Shown piece by piece: positions 1-13,300 of a stretch of 64,000 nt of DNA. Source of the stretch: Bugula neritina (lineage: Eukaryota; Animalia; Bryozoa); the NCBI GenBank assembly GCA_964035545.1, contig OZ037765.1, forward strand, positions 25,171,504 through 25,235,503. The letters are read 5' to 3'. Position 1 is the stretch's first letter. Each line of letters starts with the position of its first letter. The notes beneath the pieces were generated by a model that saw only the letters and a program-made list of their open reading frames with translations, did not search any database and was not told where the DNA came from. The translations under genes were made by a program, and so were the position numbers.

Positions 1-3000
1 TAATCCTGATTGTGGTCCAACTGAAGAAGAGCTGGAGAAAACACGTAAGCAACACGAGCTATTCAAGGACATTTTAGATGAGGAAGACTGGAATATAATC
101 TCCCAGCCTGTAACCACTCTAAAGAGTTCTCCTAAAGAAGCTAAAATCAAAACTGAAAAAGATTACCAAAAAGTGGCAGCTGACAGTACCAGTGGTGGTA
201 CTTCAGCTGATATAGTTACTCCAAATGGTAAGTTCTGCTGCAGCTCACATAAGGTCTGCGTTTTGTTAAAGCAAACGTCATTGAAACCAGCTGTTACAGA
301 ACAAACAATTGAGATTTCACTGTTCTGAATACAGACTTTTTTCGGACAATTTTGTATTCAATCGCATCTGTTGAATTGTTTTTGCGGTTAGTTTTCTAAG
401 ACAGTGTGTTTTTTGCTCTTGAATATATATATATATATATATATATCAAGCGAAATTTACCAATGATGATGTAAAACTGCTTTGTTTTCACATAAACATT
501 CCTATATAAACAGATTGCATATTTTGCTAAACCTTTTCACAGGTTTTGAAAAGATATTTAATAACATGTAAAGCAAAAGTTACCATGGTACTACCCTGCC
601 TCTTATGTTGATGTTATTAATTGATCCATAATATTATTTCTTGTGAATTGTGTATCATAGCTGATCATATTTGAATATTTCAGTTTCATGCCATGTTTAT
701 TATTACTTTGTGTTGTAGATTCAGCCGTCAATCAAGATGTGCTAGAGGAAATATGCCGTCTTTCACTAGAAATCTCAAAGAGAATTGTAGATAAAAGTAG
801 AGGTGCAAATTTTCCCTGTATTTTCAAATACCAGCTTTATTGAGATTATGTATTAGTGAATAATCTCAAAGCCCTTTGTATGTAAGCTTGTTTTTATTTT
901 TCACAGAAAAGAGAGATGATCCATCTGTGATACCACTAGATTCAGAGAGACCTTCTGGTAAAATTGTGTTTATTAGCTTCTAACATTGAATGTCGAACTT
1001 TTTTTTGTTTAAAGTTCAATGCTTCTTTATAGCTAGACTGTGTTGAAAGCATTTATATAGTTATTATTTTGCCTGCAATGGGTTCTTAAGTTGAGCCTCC
1101 TTTTGCATGTAGAAAAGTGTGTTCATATGTTTTATATTGTAGAAGAAACCGAAGTGGTGTATGATTATGGACACTCTAGACCTCCTTTACCAGATGAACC
1201 TGCACCATTGCCTAGTTCTCCTGCTCCAAAGACACCAACACCTCCCCCATCTCTCTGTCCTCCACCAATGCCTCCTAAACTAAATCTTCCTATGTCATCC
1301 CAACAGTATTCGGCTGAATCCAGTAAGGAATATTGTAGTTTTACTATACATGATTTAAACTTAGTACAATGTGCTGAATTTATTGTTCAACTGTCTTGTT
1401 GTAGAAGCTAAAGACAATGCGTTGCATCCTGTCTATGGATTTTATTTAAGTATTGAAATGTTCAGTTTATAGTTTTATAAATATTCTAGGCTTTTTATTG
1501 ACTGATCAGCATTGGTGTTTTGTGGAGTTGCTCATACACGTTTTGCAATATTTAGGTTATGACTACCACATAGATAGTTACCCTGCCGGGAATTATCAGG
1601 AAGAGAATTATTCAACGGAAGACTATCAAGATGCACATGAAGAGGACCAAGGTCAAGATCAGCATTGGAACGAGGAGGCCGAAATGTATATGGACCCATT
1701 AGCAAATCAAAGCACATTAACCTATGAGGAGCATTTGCCAGATCGAGCAGCAAATTATTATCAGCCCTCCACTTCTCGGGACTACTATGAACCACCGCGA
1801 GAAGAGTCCTATGAGGATATTGTGAGTATTTACTGTCACAGGAACTTATTGCTTGGTTGTTTTATGTTAATAACTTTCCCAGCTATGAATTTTGATTTTT
1901 TGTTCAGTTTGAGCCTATGTAGTTCTAACATGAATAAGTTAAAATTAAATTTTGCTGCATATGATATTTTATCTACATTTAAAGGAAACAATGGTGAATG
2001 AAATTGTTGTAACCAACTTACAGGTGCTACCCATTTATTTGTTACTACGAATTTACCCTGATGATAGCACTGCAGTGTTGTGCGTTGATATTTTCAGCTT
2101 GCTTATGAGCAGGAAAGGACCCGCAAGGAATTGTATTTCGATGAGCTTAGACGCTCTGCATTGTCACGGGAGCGTCAGTACCATCGTAGTAGGTTGAGTA
2201 GCAGTTACAGCAGAGCAGCTGCTAGTCATGAAGAGATGGATAGGATTAGACGAGCTAGCAGAATGTCACGTTATCAAGAAGGTATAGTCAAGTAATTTGT
2301 GCTGTGTGTCGGTAACTTTGTTTAAATTTGGATTGCTATGTTGTAAAGTTTGTCATAGGTTGTCATAGTAACATAATAGTTGTACCAGTAGTGTTTATTC
2401 TCACATGCTTTTGATTTTAGAGGCATATTATGAAGAAGAATCTAGAAGGCATCGATCTGAGGAATTTACTAAAGATAGATATGGTTTGCCTGTAGTCAAC
2501 AGTAAGTTAGGTTTAAGTATATTATATATGCTATAATAGTTCATATATATGTTCGGTTTTTACTGATCTAAAAAAAAGATTGTATCAGTAATCATCTTAC
2601 GTCATGGTTCCAGGCATAAAGAGGGTAAAATTAGTAGATTAAGGCATAGTGGTTGACTATTTTTGTGTTAGAATCTCCAAAATTTGCTAACAAATACCAA
2701 CTATTAGGCTTGAGTGTGCAACTATCTGTATATAGTGTACGTGGCTCACAATATCAAAAGGTAGTGTACAGCCCAATAAGAGAGATAGTTGACTATTGTG
2801 TAACACTCACAACATTTCATAAACCATTCTGTATGAGTTGACACTGCTTTCAAGGAGTTGATATTGCACTACAGGCTACCTAAAACTGCCTATTGAATCA
2901 CACTACAAGAAAATTCTGAGATTCATTCAAGCATAACATTAGTTTTTGCATGCCCATATGTTTACAAAGTTTTTTAATTTGTGCAATCCATAATATTTTA

Positions 3001-3252
3001 TTTATTTTTTATTGTATCAATGACTCTTGCCATGCCAGACCAAGCTGCAGCATTATGATAACGTTTTATGTTTTACAGCCCGTCGCTATTATTAAAAAGA
3101 CAAGCACTGGTGATACACATTTTATGGGCGACAATGAGACAATTACAGTCAAATCTTTCTCGTGCACTACACCTTTTACTGCTCTCTCTGCAATATGGGA
3201 TACATCTGAAATGATTAAAAGCCAGCAGCCATGCACAAGATCTGTCGGCTGA
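1..3252 (+). CDS. 3' portion of an unidentified multi-exon gene (acidic, Pro-rich, Tyr/Glu-rich and Arg-rich low-complexity protein); 5' end lies outside the window, true last exon uncertain
   Basis: Phase-consistent GT-AG exons: <1-227 (NPDCGPTEEELEKTRKQHELF...), 719-802, 907-957, 1143-1322 (VVYDYGHSRPPLPDEPAPLP...), 1556-1821, 2098-2281 (LAYEQERTRKELYFDELRR...), 2421-2501 (...KDRYGLPVVN). Probable continuation 2672-2760 then 3079-3252 (TGA), or read-on to TGA at 2841. No recognisable domain. Confidence 0.6.
424..446. repeat. (TA)n microsatellite
   Basis: Directly visible. Confidence 0.95.
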
Positions 3253-4190
3253 ACTGACATGCCTTAAATTTAGTGATGTGTGTAGAGTAGCTCCCATGGA
3301 TATTGATATTGACAACTCAGAAGAAGTCAAGCAACCTTCAATAGCAGTTGTGACCCATCAAAGTGATCTCCAATATATTACTAGTCAATTTTTCTCTGAT
3401 ACTTCAACAACCAGTTCTTTACTATACAGTACAAGCTGCGCTAATTGTAATATAATCTGCAGCACTGGTGGCTCTTCACTTGTTCAAAGAAAATTTATTG
3501 ACATTCAAACTGGAATTATGGCTGCTAAGAGTTTTTCTTCAAAAGTTAATTTGTCAGATAGCAACATGTCCAATCAACTCATGCAGTAAAACAGGAAACT
3601 TCAAGTGCTATTAGAAATGACCAACAAAATTAAAACTGCTTTTAAACCTCACGGTAAATGTGAATCTGGTGTAAGAAAACCTTTCACACACTTAGTACCA
3701 AATAATGTAGTCAGCTCTCCTCAAAAATTTGATGCTCTCTTTGGAAAATGAATGGTAGATCGACTGTGTTGAAAGCATGTCAACGGCTTTAAACAAACAT
3801 CTGGTGGTTCCTGAAAGTATGCAAGGGAATATCTGCAAGTTTATTTAAATATTTCACTCTAACTTCTGCTTATTTTCATTCTTAGACTTTACAGAAGTTA
3901 TCAATACCTCTATCTACGACATTGTCATCTACGACTTGCACAGTACCTGCAGGCAACAAATAGTTTGAGTAGCACTTCTCCCATATAATATATGCCCACA
4001 AAGTCTGTGCCACCCGTTGGAGTTGCCTCTGTATTCGGAGTATCAAGAAAGCCCAGTGTGCAGTCACTGCAGCAGACTTAAAAAAATGTTGCTCGAGCTT
4101 GAGCTCCATCCAGTAGTCCAAGAACTTCTACTAAAAGTTTACACTGAACTATTTTCTTTGTCGATCAAGTTTCCTTCTACTAGTTTACTA
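3079..4190 (+). pseudogene. Decayed coding-like sequence downstream of gene 1 (one frameshift, several in-frame stops)
   Basis: The frame open from the acceptor before 3079 overlaps a second frame open 3215-3586; the switch fits an A-run at 3217-3220. After TAA 3587 that frame continues NRKLQVLLEMTNKIKTAFKPHGKCESGVRKPFTHLVPNNVVSSPQKFDALFGK*MVDRLC*KHVNGFKQTSGGS*KYAREYLQ. 3886-4190 is also coding-like but its frame is ambiguous. Confidence 0.35.
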
Positions 4191-4737
4191 GGTCATTGTT
4201 TATTTTTTAGTTTAGACACAATACTCCGGAATCATGATAGTTTTCACAATTGTCACTTTCAACTTACTGTGGTTATTTAGAACTAGTTTTGGTGATACTG
4301 ATGTTCTTGTGTTATTTCTGGCTATTTAAAGAGGACAATTACTCAGTCGAATTTGTATACATTGCAATATGTTTCGCTCAACATTGTAAATTATTTTTTT
4401 ATATCATAATGTTTTTTATATTGCCTTAGGCCATTTGAATTCCTAAATTCATCAGCATAAGTTTGATATTATCTGTACATAGATATATGTGTTATTATTA
4501 TATTAATGACATAATTTATGATAAATTCATGGTTTTTAGTGCCTCATCTTGTCTTTGTCTTCACGTCTAAAACTAGGTAACATCTTTGAATATGAAAACC
4601 ATAGTGATATAATATTACATGGCATTCACTCTGATACAAGGCAGTCCGATGAATCAATTATGGTAAAAGTCAGAGCGATTTGACCCTTTGATGATAGGGT
4701 TAAAGTTCACACTGATGGAAAGCTACAAATAAATAAA

Positions 4738-5518
4738 CACGGGCTTTCCATGTACCGATCTCAGATCGATCTCGCTGAGATCGATCTAAAACATGTGCTC
4801 AGATCGATCGTTTTTCCATGAGAGTGTCAGATCGATCTCGCGAAGTTGCCCCCTCTTAAGTGAAGGATACTTTAAAAGTATAATTTGTTCACCTATTTGA
4901 GTGATTAAAGCTTCTACTGTTGAAAACAAGATGGTTGTAGTCTAAAATTTAATCCCAGCTATAAACTATACGCAGCAAAGCTTTCAGTGTATAGTAATTT
5001 GGCCAATTTAAAATAATTAATGATAATCTTTTAGCTTGACAGCTTATATAAAATTAATGGCTGTCTTGCAGATTATTAATAAACTTACAGGACTGTTAGG
5101 CTTAAAACTACAAAGAAAATAGCTAATGAAACTAAGTTTTAATAGTCATTTTAATTCAATTTACATTCTCCCATTTTTTCACCTTCTACTGCATATAATT
5201 GAGTTTTCTTAATCATTGTACTGAAAGTCAAAGTTTTGGCATCTGAAAAGGTGGCTATCATAATTATTTAACACTTTGCTTAGTAATTATCAATAAGTTA
5301 TCATTTTTATTAGCAGACAACATTGTAGCGAGCAGTCTTTTTCTACTTCTCAGATCGATCTGGCGTCTTTCCATGGTCTTATTGACATGAGATCGATCTG
5401 AGTTCGAGCTCCACAGACCGACCAGCTCAGATCGATCTTTGGCATCTTTCCATGGATCGATCTCGCTAAGATCGATCTCGCTAAGATCGATCTGAGATCG
5501 GTACATGGAAAGCCGGTA
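4738..5518 (+). mobile_element. Non-autonomous TIR DNA transposon, family A copy 1 (~780 bp)
   Basis: 31-bp perfect TIR ggctttccatgtaccgatctcagatcgatct / agatcgatctgagatcggtacatggaaagcc; left end CACGGG; about ten subterminal copies of the palindrome AGATCGATCT; colinear homolog at 39128-39814; no transposase ORF. Confidence 0.9.
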
Positions 5519-5559
5519 AATATGAATTCGGTGTTCCTTATTGACCGTGTGCACGTTAT

Positions 5560-5760
5560 ATCCTAACATTTATAATATATATTCTATTGTCGCGGTAATT
5601 GCTACTAAAGTAATTGTCATTAAAACTCGCTAGAACTGAGTCTACGCTACATTAAAAAACGGCGATGGCCGGAATAAAATTAACTTTACTGATTAGCAAG
5701 ATAATTAAGTTTAATCATTATGATGATGTGCTTTGTGTTAGCATGGTATATAATAAGTGA
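5560..5760 (+). promoter_or_regulatory. Putative promoter / non-coding first exon region of the inversin-like gene
   Basis: Local CpG enrichment (tcgcgg, tacgc, acggcgatggccgg) in otherwise CpG-poor DNA. The ATG exon at 7394 is preceded by an acceptor (tttttag ending near 7382), implying an upstream UTR exon. Confidence 0.35.
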
Positions 5761-7393
5761 TAACCTTTCAGTGATGTTTATTTTCTATGATATTATCACC
5801 GCCGCTTTTAGCTATAATTACTCTAAATTCTACTGGTAGCACTACTATTAACTCAGTAACTCAAACTGACTAACAGTAACAGACCAACTCTAAGAGTAAG
5901 TCTGGTGGAATAACATAAACTTCAAGTATAACATTAACTTTAAGTTTAAGTGATCAACTGATAGTGATACTGAGTTACTTTATAGCTACTAGCTAGCTCA
6001 TTATCATTATGATTATCATAATAATATGATAATTCATCATTATGATAAGGATTATCATTATATATAATATATTATTATTAATATTTATATTGTGATTATC
6101 ATCATCATGGTGATTGTAATATAAATTTATTTACTTATTCATATTCATATTGTCAATAATAATTCTAAGTTTTGGTGACTATCAGTAGGAGTATCACGCC
6201 GACATTGAGTTAGACTATGAGAGTATAAGTAATAGTATAACTATTACTATTAGTATTACTATAACTATAAGTATAAATATAATTATAATAATACATTAAT
6301 AAATATAAATAATATTGATTGATTGATAATGTTTGACTGTACTCTAGGCTCAGACTGTAGTGCACAGGTATGACTTGTGAGTATCATAATCATAAAACTA
6401 AAAGCTAGCATTAACAGTAACACTAACAGTAACTCGTTAAGTTTGTCTTTTTACTCTAATTCTAACTCTAAGAGTTTAAGTTTATAGTTGAACATAAAAC
6501 ATTAACTGCTAAGTAATAGTTATAAATTATACAGCTTACATTAGATTTAGTATCATTTTATTTATAAAAGTTGTTACTAATTGAAATTTTGAAATTCTGC
6601 AAGTAAAGCAGTTAACGAAAATGAGGTAGTCATGAGTCATGTGTTGAATTTCTTTTCATGTATTCATTAGACTTAGTCGTAGGTGACTACCTTTTTTGAC
6701 ACCAATTAACTATAAGGAAGGCTGGCAGTGGCTTTTTCAACATAACTTGTATACATCAGGTGACTGTTAGCACATCACGAATGTAATAAAAAATTTTCTA
6801 TTGTTGTCAACACTAAAATTTGTGTAAGTAAACATTTATTTCCTGGGCTATTTCCAGTAGCCATAACGGACAGCGGCTTGTTGAAATATCAATATAAACT
6901 ATCAAGAATGTAAAAGTGAAAGAGAAAAAAATATAAAAAAGCAGCAGTAAAAGCCTACATTGACGTTCCAATACTCTATTGGTAAAAGAGTTGCATGTAG
7001 CCTGGTTGATTATAAAAGAATAAATGTCATGTGTAAAATAGAATGAGTTGTAATTTTTATTGTACTCCAGCTTAATTTAAACGTAAATTTCATAGGCAAT
7101 CTGAAATTTGCTAGATTCCTACAAAATCAGAGAACTTCTGTTAAACCATAAACTGATATATGTTGCACATATGATGTGAAACAATTGACCCTACCTACGT
7201 AGATAGTGTCAATTGTTAATTTTACTAATGTTTGGTATTGGTAGGTTATGGGTAATTGTAGTCAATCAAACATACATGAGCATACTATTCAATTTACAGT
7301 TTGATAAGTTGAAACATAATATAATGATTTCTGTATGAGTGGTTTTTATTTATTTGGTAGAAAAAATTTCTTTATTTTTTAGGTCAATTAAAC

Positions 7394-10300
7394 ATGCCAA
7401 ACTCACTACTTTCAAGATTCAAGTCTAGAAGTAAATCAAGAAACCGCAATAAATCTGAGAAAGTAGTTGATGAAATTGAACAATCTAATGGTGCTAATGT
7501 AAATCCAAGTGAAATGAACTCTGAGGCTCCCAAAAGTCCAGGTGCCAAAATTTCTGGCTCTCATAGTTTACACAATAAATCTCAGAAATCTTCCAAAGCA
7601 TGTCGGCATGAAAACTTTGATTTGACAATGACATATGCAAGCAATGCTCTTACTGACAGCTCTTTTAATGCCTGTCAGATATGTCTACAAGCAAGCTTGG
7701 GAAACTCTACTGTTGACCCATTCTTCACTTCAGCTACAGAGGTAGCCAATTAACTCTAATAAAATAACAGAGTATCCAATAAGGACATTGTTTGGTGGTT
7801 TGTGTAGCACCTGATAGTCTATATACTGTATTATGCATATAAATCATTATAAACAAATAATCAGTCTGATGTAAACAGGTTAATTGATTGTACACAGTGT
7901 TGTTATACACGCACTTATGCAATACTGGTTGTTGTATTTTATGTATGCTATTATGTAATATTCTATACGATAATCCTTAACCTTGGAGATATCTATGGTG
8001 ATAAATACATGTGAGACCTTATATACTGTTATATAAACTTTAGGCTTTAGATACAACAGACACCAACAAAGTAAAGGAACTTGCAAAGGTATGTGCAGTC
8101 TGGTTAAATTGTTGAACAAAATTTGTTATGTATCAAATCATGAAATCAAATCTAAATGTATTCCATTATGAGGAGGCATAAAAAGTCTGTGCTGAGCTTT
8201 TCATATTTTCATAATAGAGCTTGTGAAATACTGTTCCTACTCTTATGAATTTCAACTTTCTATTCTAGTTAGAAGCTTCTTTAAAAATATAATTTGTGGC
8301 AAAACGCTTGAAATTGAAACATGTTGGGATAGAGTTCATGAAACTTGCTTTATGTTGAGAACTGGTTGTCAATATTCTGTCTACAGCTATCATTAAATAA
8401 AGTAGATTTTTGCATTACAGATGGATTAGCATATTATATGTATACTTGATATCTTGTAGTCTGTGGACATCCTTGATGGCAGAATGAGTTTGCAGAAGGC
8501 TGTCACTGCAATGCATTCTGCAGCTGTTAATGGTGACAGGTCTCAGCTGGGAAAGTTGTTGCTAAGTAGGTTTTAGCTATAAGTTTTATTTTCTATAATG
8601 CATACTCATAGTTGTATATCTGTTATTTTTGAAACTTTGGACATTTGGCAATAGTGAGACAATGTATATATCCAGATGAAACTGTTAATATACCCTCATT
8701 GTGATATTAGGTCATGTTAGTTGAACAACATACTAGGTTCAGTATCTATAGCTTTGAATTGCAGTGCTTATGTTGCTTTTTGTAAGTTTTTCTTATACAA
8801 ACTTGTTTTCTTCTCTGTGGTGTCTCAATCCAGGCGTTTCAGTAAAACTAGATGGGAATAAAAATGTGATGCCACTGATATATCATAGTGCTAGGGTGAA
8901 CCTCATTTATTGTTGCTTCACACACATTTAGTGACCTTATTAGAAAGTATTGACTGATCTCTTTCCTCACCCTGATACATGAATATTGTGGAGTCAGCAA
9001 TGTAATACTAGTTGTGACTTTGTCAGCCAGTGCCAAGGATATTGACAGCGGTGATCAGTTTGGTCGAACTCCTCTGATATTCTGTGTGTTGGCTGATAGA
9101 GTGGAGTGCGCTGAGGTGCTTCTCAAAGCAGGCTGTAAAGTGGATAAAAAAGATGAAACAGGGAGAACTGCTCTTCACTGGGCTGCACACAAGGTTACCT
9201 GGCTTTATACTTTTACCTCTACAATTACGTGGTATAATTATACATCACGTGATCATGTTTTATGGTGGAGCTCGTATAGAAAGATTCACTATTCTAACCT
9301 GCAGGTTTGCTGTAGTTACTTAGTCGTATCTATATTACTAGCTGTAGTCTTGTGCTGCTAGATGTAGTCTTGTGCTGCTAGATGTAGTCTTGTGCACTAC
9401 TTACAGGGACACTATAAATGTCTGAAACTGCTACTGGGTAAAGGCGCCAACTGGAAGGAGAAAGACAAGGAGGGAGAGACGGCGCTCCATCTTTCCACTC
9501 GACACAAATCATCTAAATGTCTCTCACTTGTCAAACAGCACCTTGCTCCTGGGGAGGTGGATGACCAGGACAATAACAAAGTAAGTCTTGATTCATATGT
9601 GTAAGTATGATTTGAGTCGCTCTATGCATATTCTACTTGCATCATATACCTACATGCATTTGTACCTTTGTACATCAGTACATTGTTCTTTAGCTCTTGT
9701 GCCAACTATTAGCTGTAGCTTTAGTATTATATTACAGAGGGATAAACTGTTATAAATAAATATTATATGATCAAGCCATCTCAAGAAGCTTGATGCATGC
9801 ATTATGAATTCAGTTTCCTCTTATTATTATGGTGTGTATGGTAATGTAAAGAGGGAAATACTTGACTAGTACTTCATACTATACTTGACTTGCAGAGAAC
9901 AGCTTTACACTGGGCTGCGTCGTATGGGAATCTTGAGCACATGCGTCTTCTTATCAAACAGGATTCCAACAGTGGCATTCCAGACAGTGAGGGGAAAACT
10001 CCCCTTCATTGGGCTGCCAGTAGCCATGATGGTATAACATTATTACTCTGATTAGTTTTACATGTATTTAATAATTACAGTTCTACTCGTTGCTAACAGC
10101 GATACATTATCAAACATGTGTAGCATACTTTCTGGTTTACCCATACGTTATATTTATATTTTAACAGAAAATGCTGCAAGCTGTGTAAAGCTACTGCTAG
10201 AGACCACACCGAGTGTAATGAACTGGCAAGATTACGAGGGGAGGACACCGTTACATCTAGCTGTGGAGATAGGAAATGATGCTGTTGTTTTGTTACTGGT

Positions 10301-13300
10301 AAATATAGAGGCGCTCATTTATAAACTAACTTTAGATTCATTAGCCTGTATACTACATTGCCATTTGCCAATTATTTTTATCAACTATTTTTTGTTGGCT
10401 CTACAATTTATACTAAATGCAAAAACTATTGTAAATTTGGGAGTGGTTAAATAATTGGATGATATGAGAATATTTCAACAGTAGCTTTACTATGTGTTTA
10501 TTTGTGCTCATGTGAGCTACAATAAACTTTGTCTTAAGTAACTCTTTGGAATATCTGTTGAGTTATGCTATATTGTAGACATCGTATCCCAGCTGTAATG
10601 TGTCGGCATTAGACAACATGTTCAGAACTCCTCTACATTGGGCTGCTGCTTTAGGTATGTAGTAGATATCACCTGTGTAGCTGTTTGTTGTTGCTAAAAG
10701 CGTTACTAACATGTGTAATACCTTTCATAGAAACAAACTTGATTATCAGTTATTCATTTAAAATAATTCTATTTCACATAAACTTATCATGATAAAGATG
10801 ATAATTCTATATCAAATAGCTTGCAATATGTTTAAATTTTGATGTTTATATTTTTATTTTGTAAGTTGTTATATATCTCCATAAGTTTATTGTACACTTT
10901 TTTCTGAGTATTTATGTTTTATTTGCTCTTCATTTACAGGGCATTCTATGATAGCTAAAATGTTACTGGATGCTAAGGCAGATTTTTCCAGTGCTGACTC
11001 AAATGGCGCGACAGCATTGCACTACGCTGCTCAAAATAATCACGCGAAGACAGTGGAGGTGAGCTCCATATGTTGTATTTAATATAACCTCTGAGCATTA
11101 CATATCTATTGTGTTGTATATCAGCAGCTTTCTCTGCTGTGAAAAACATTGATATTTAAATTATATTCTCACTTGTAATAATTGTGTTATTGCAAAGTTA
11201 TCTATCCTTAAATTTCAAGGTTTATATGTATGAATGATTGTTATATCAATCAGTCTATGGGCTATACTTGTAACTTAAACCAGTATAGTAACAAATTAAA
11301 TTTAATTGTAGGATAACCAAGATTTGTCATTACTATTTCTATGGCTATTCTGGTTCCATGATCTCATCCTATTTACCAGATGTAGTAACCATAGCAATAA
11401 AGTGTAAAACTGAAAATAAGTTGCTCAATCAAATTTGAATTTATTCCAATTCCTATGATCTGAAATGCAGTTGCTATGTTATTCTTTTTCTTTATTCTAT
11501 CTAAAAACAAACTATTACTTGATATTTTTAAAGCAAAACAATGTATCTATGAAACAAATACATTGGACAGAGTGTTGTTGTTTGGTCATAGCAAGTTACA
11601 ATTATCAGTAGAAGTAATATATATCGTATCAATGGTTATAAACAATAAGTGTGACTGTTGAGTAAGATGTTGCATATATAACTTTGGACCTAATACAATA
11701 ATTATAAGTACCACCCATAAGTAACCCAAACAACGAGAACGTTAGGATTTGGCAAATGTTAGTTTAGTCTGGATTTGGCTAATGTCTCATGTGTGATATT
11801 TGTTGCTAAATATCTTCTTAACTCATCACAATATCGTAATTAGGTGTCTCAAGGTAATGAATTAGTGGAAGCTTTCAGCTCACAAACAATATAATGAAAA
11901 AATTTTACGTGGGTACACAACTCTAAAATGTGTGTAGGTAATAGCTAAACTAGTTCATTTAAAATATTTTAAAATTACAAGCATGTTAAGAAAAGCAGTC
12001 TTACTTTAAAGACTTCAATTTCATTTCTGTCTAGTCAAGTGTACAGCTCAGAGTTAAGTCAATGTGCCGTATTATTCTTTTAATCCGTATTCATCACTTA
12101 GACATGCATTTTATAAATAGCTAGACTTTACCTTGTAACTCATGACAAGGTTGGTAGTGGCTGCATTGCCATGTTGAAACATTAATACAAGTTGCTGGAA
12201 TACTGCTATACTATCATCCACTCTACAGTGCTATCTCCATGGATGTAGGTATCATATATTCATCATATCTATGACTGCAGGTGTTTTTAACAAGGGCTGC
12301 TATTACTGATGAACCGGACCTGGAAGGAAGGACGGCGCTGATGTGGGCAGCTAGCAAGGCAGCGGATGAGGTCATCGCCACTTGGGTCAGGCACAACCCT
12401 GACCTTCAACAGACGGATAAGAATGGAGGAACTGGTATGAATTCTAGAACATAACGTTATGAAAACTTCAACTACATTGTAGAGTTGCAATTTAAATTAT
12501 GAAGTTGATTGTCAGAAGAATATTTATGTCATCATATTATGTTATATGTATAGAAAAGGGTGGCTAAAGTTATTAGATTATTAGAACTATATAAATGCTG
12601 AATTTTTCGTATGCAATTTTAAGCTTTCAGTCAGATTTTTGCTTAGAATAATTTTGTAAATAATGAGCAATCATGCAGAATTTCTGTTCAGTAAATTTAG
12701 TAACAACATTCATGTTGGTACTTGCAATACAGCCTTGCTTTAATAAACACAGTATTATATATAGTCTATAAAAATGCCATGAAGTTTCGTTAGTGACTCA
12801 CTGTACTAAGAAAAGTAATCAATTCTTACCGTAGCTCTTCACGCTGCCGCTCTCTCGGGACACGCCAGCACTGTGAAGCTGCTGCTGGAACACGGCTCTG
12901 ATATCGACTGTCAAGACCTTCTGATGCACACTCCTTTGTTCAGAGCCTGTGAGATGGGCCATCCGGATGTGGTGCAGGCCCTGTATGAGGGCGGGGCTCA
13001 GGTTGAAGTCATAGACCAAGATGGCCGCTCACCTCTGCACTGGTAACAACACAGTATTTAATGATAGCTTGTTTGGAAGACTTGTTTTTGAATCCTAAAC
13101 TTTAATAAACGTTACAAAAACAAAGTAAACTTTGAATTCTAGTATTGCTGACTTGCTAGAAATGTTATCTCAATAATTAAATCATTCAAAGACTGTCTTT
13201 ACTCATGTTGCTAGGGCTGCTCTGGGTGGACACGCCTATATCTGTCAGAGTCTAATCAAATATGGAGTTGATCCAAATGTGCGTGACTTCTCAGGGTGAG

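Noticed and set aside
1036-3778. 17-bp exact repeat gactgtgttgaaagcat at ~1036 and ~3762
   Set aside because: A single 17-mer match within 64 kb of AT-rich DNA is compatible with chance; flanks do not align.
3587-3815. Stop-codon recoding (selenocysteine or alternative genetic code) for the TGA/TAA codons behind gene 1
   Set aside because: The four complete genes use standard TAA/TGA terminators with no internal stops; mixed stop types plus a frameshift fit decay better, and no SECIS was recognised.
6622-6692. let-7-like 5' end (tgaggtagt) with a complementary tgactacct downstream
   Set aside because: Only 9 nt match let-7; the stem is short with a large irregular interior.
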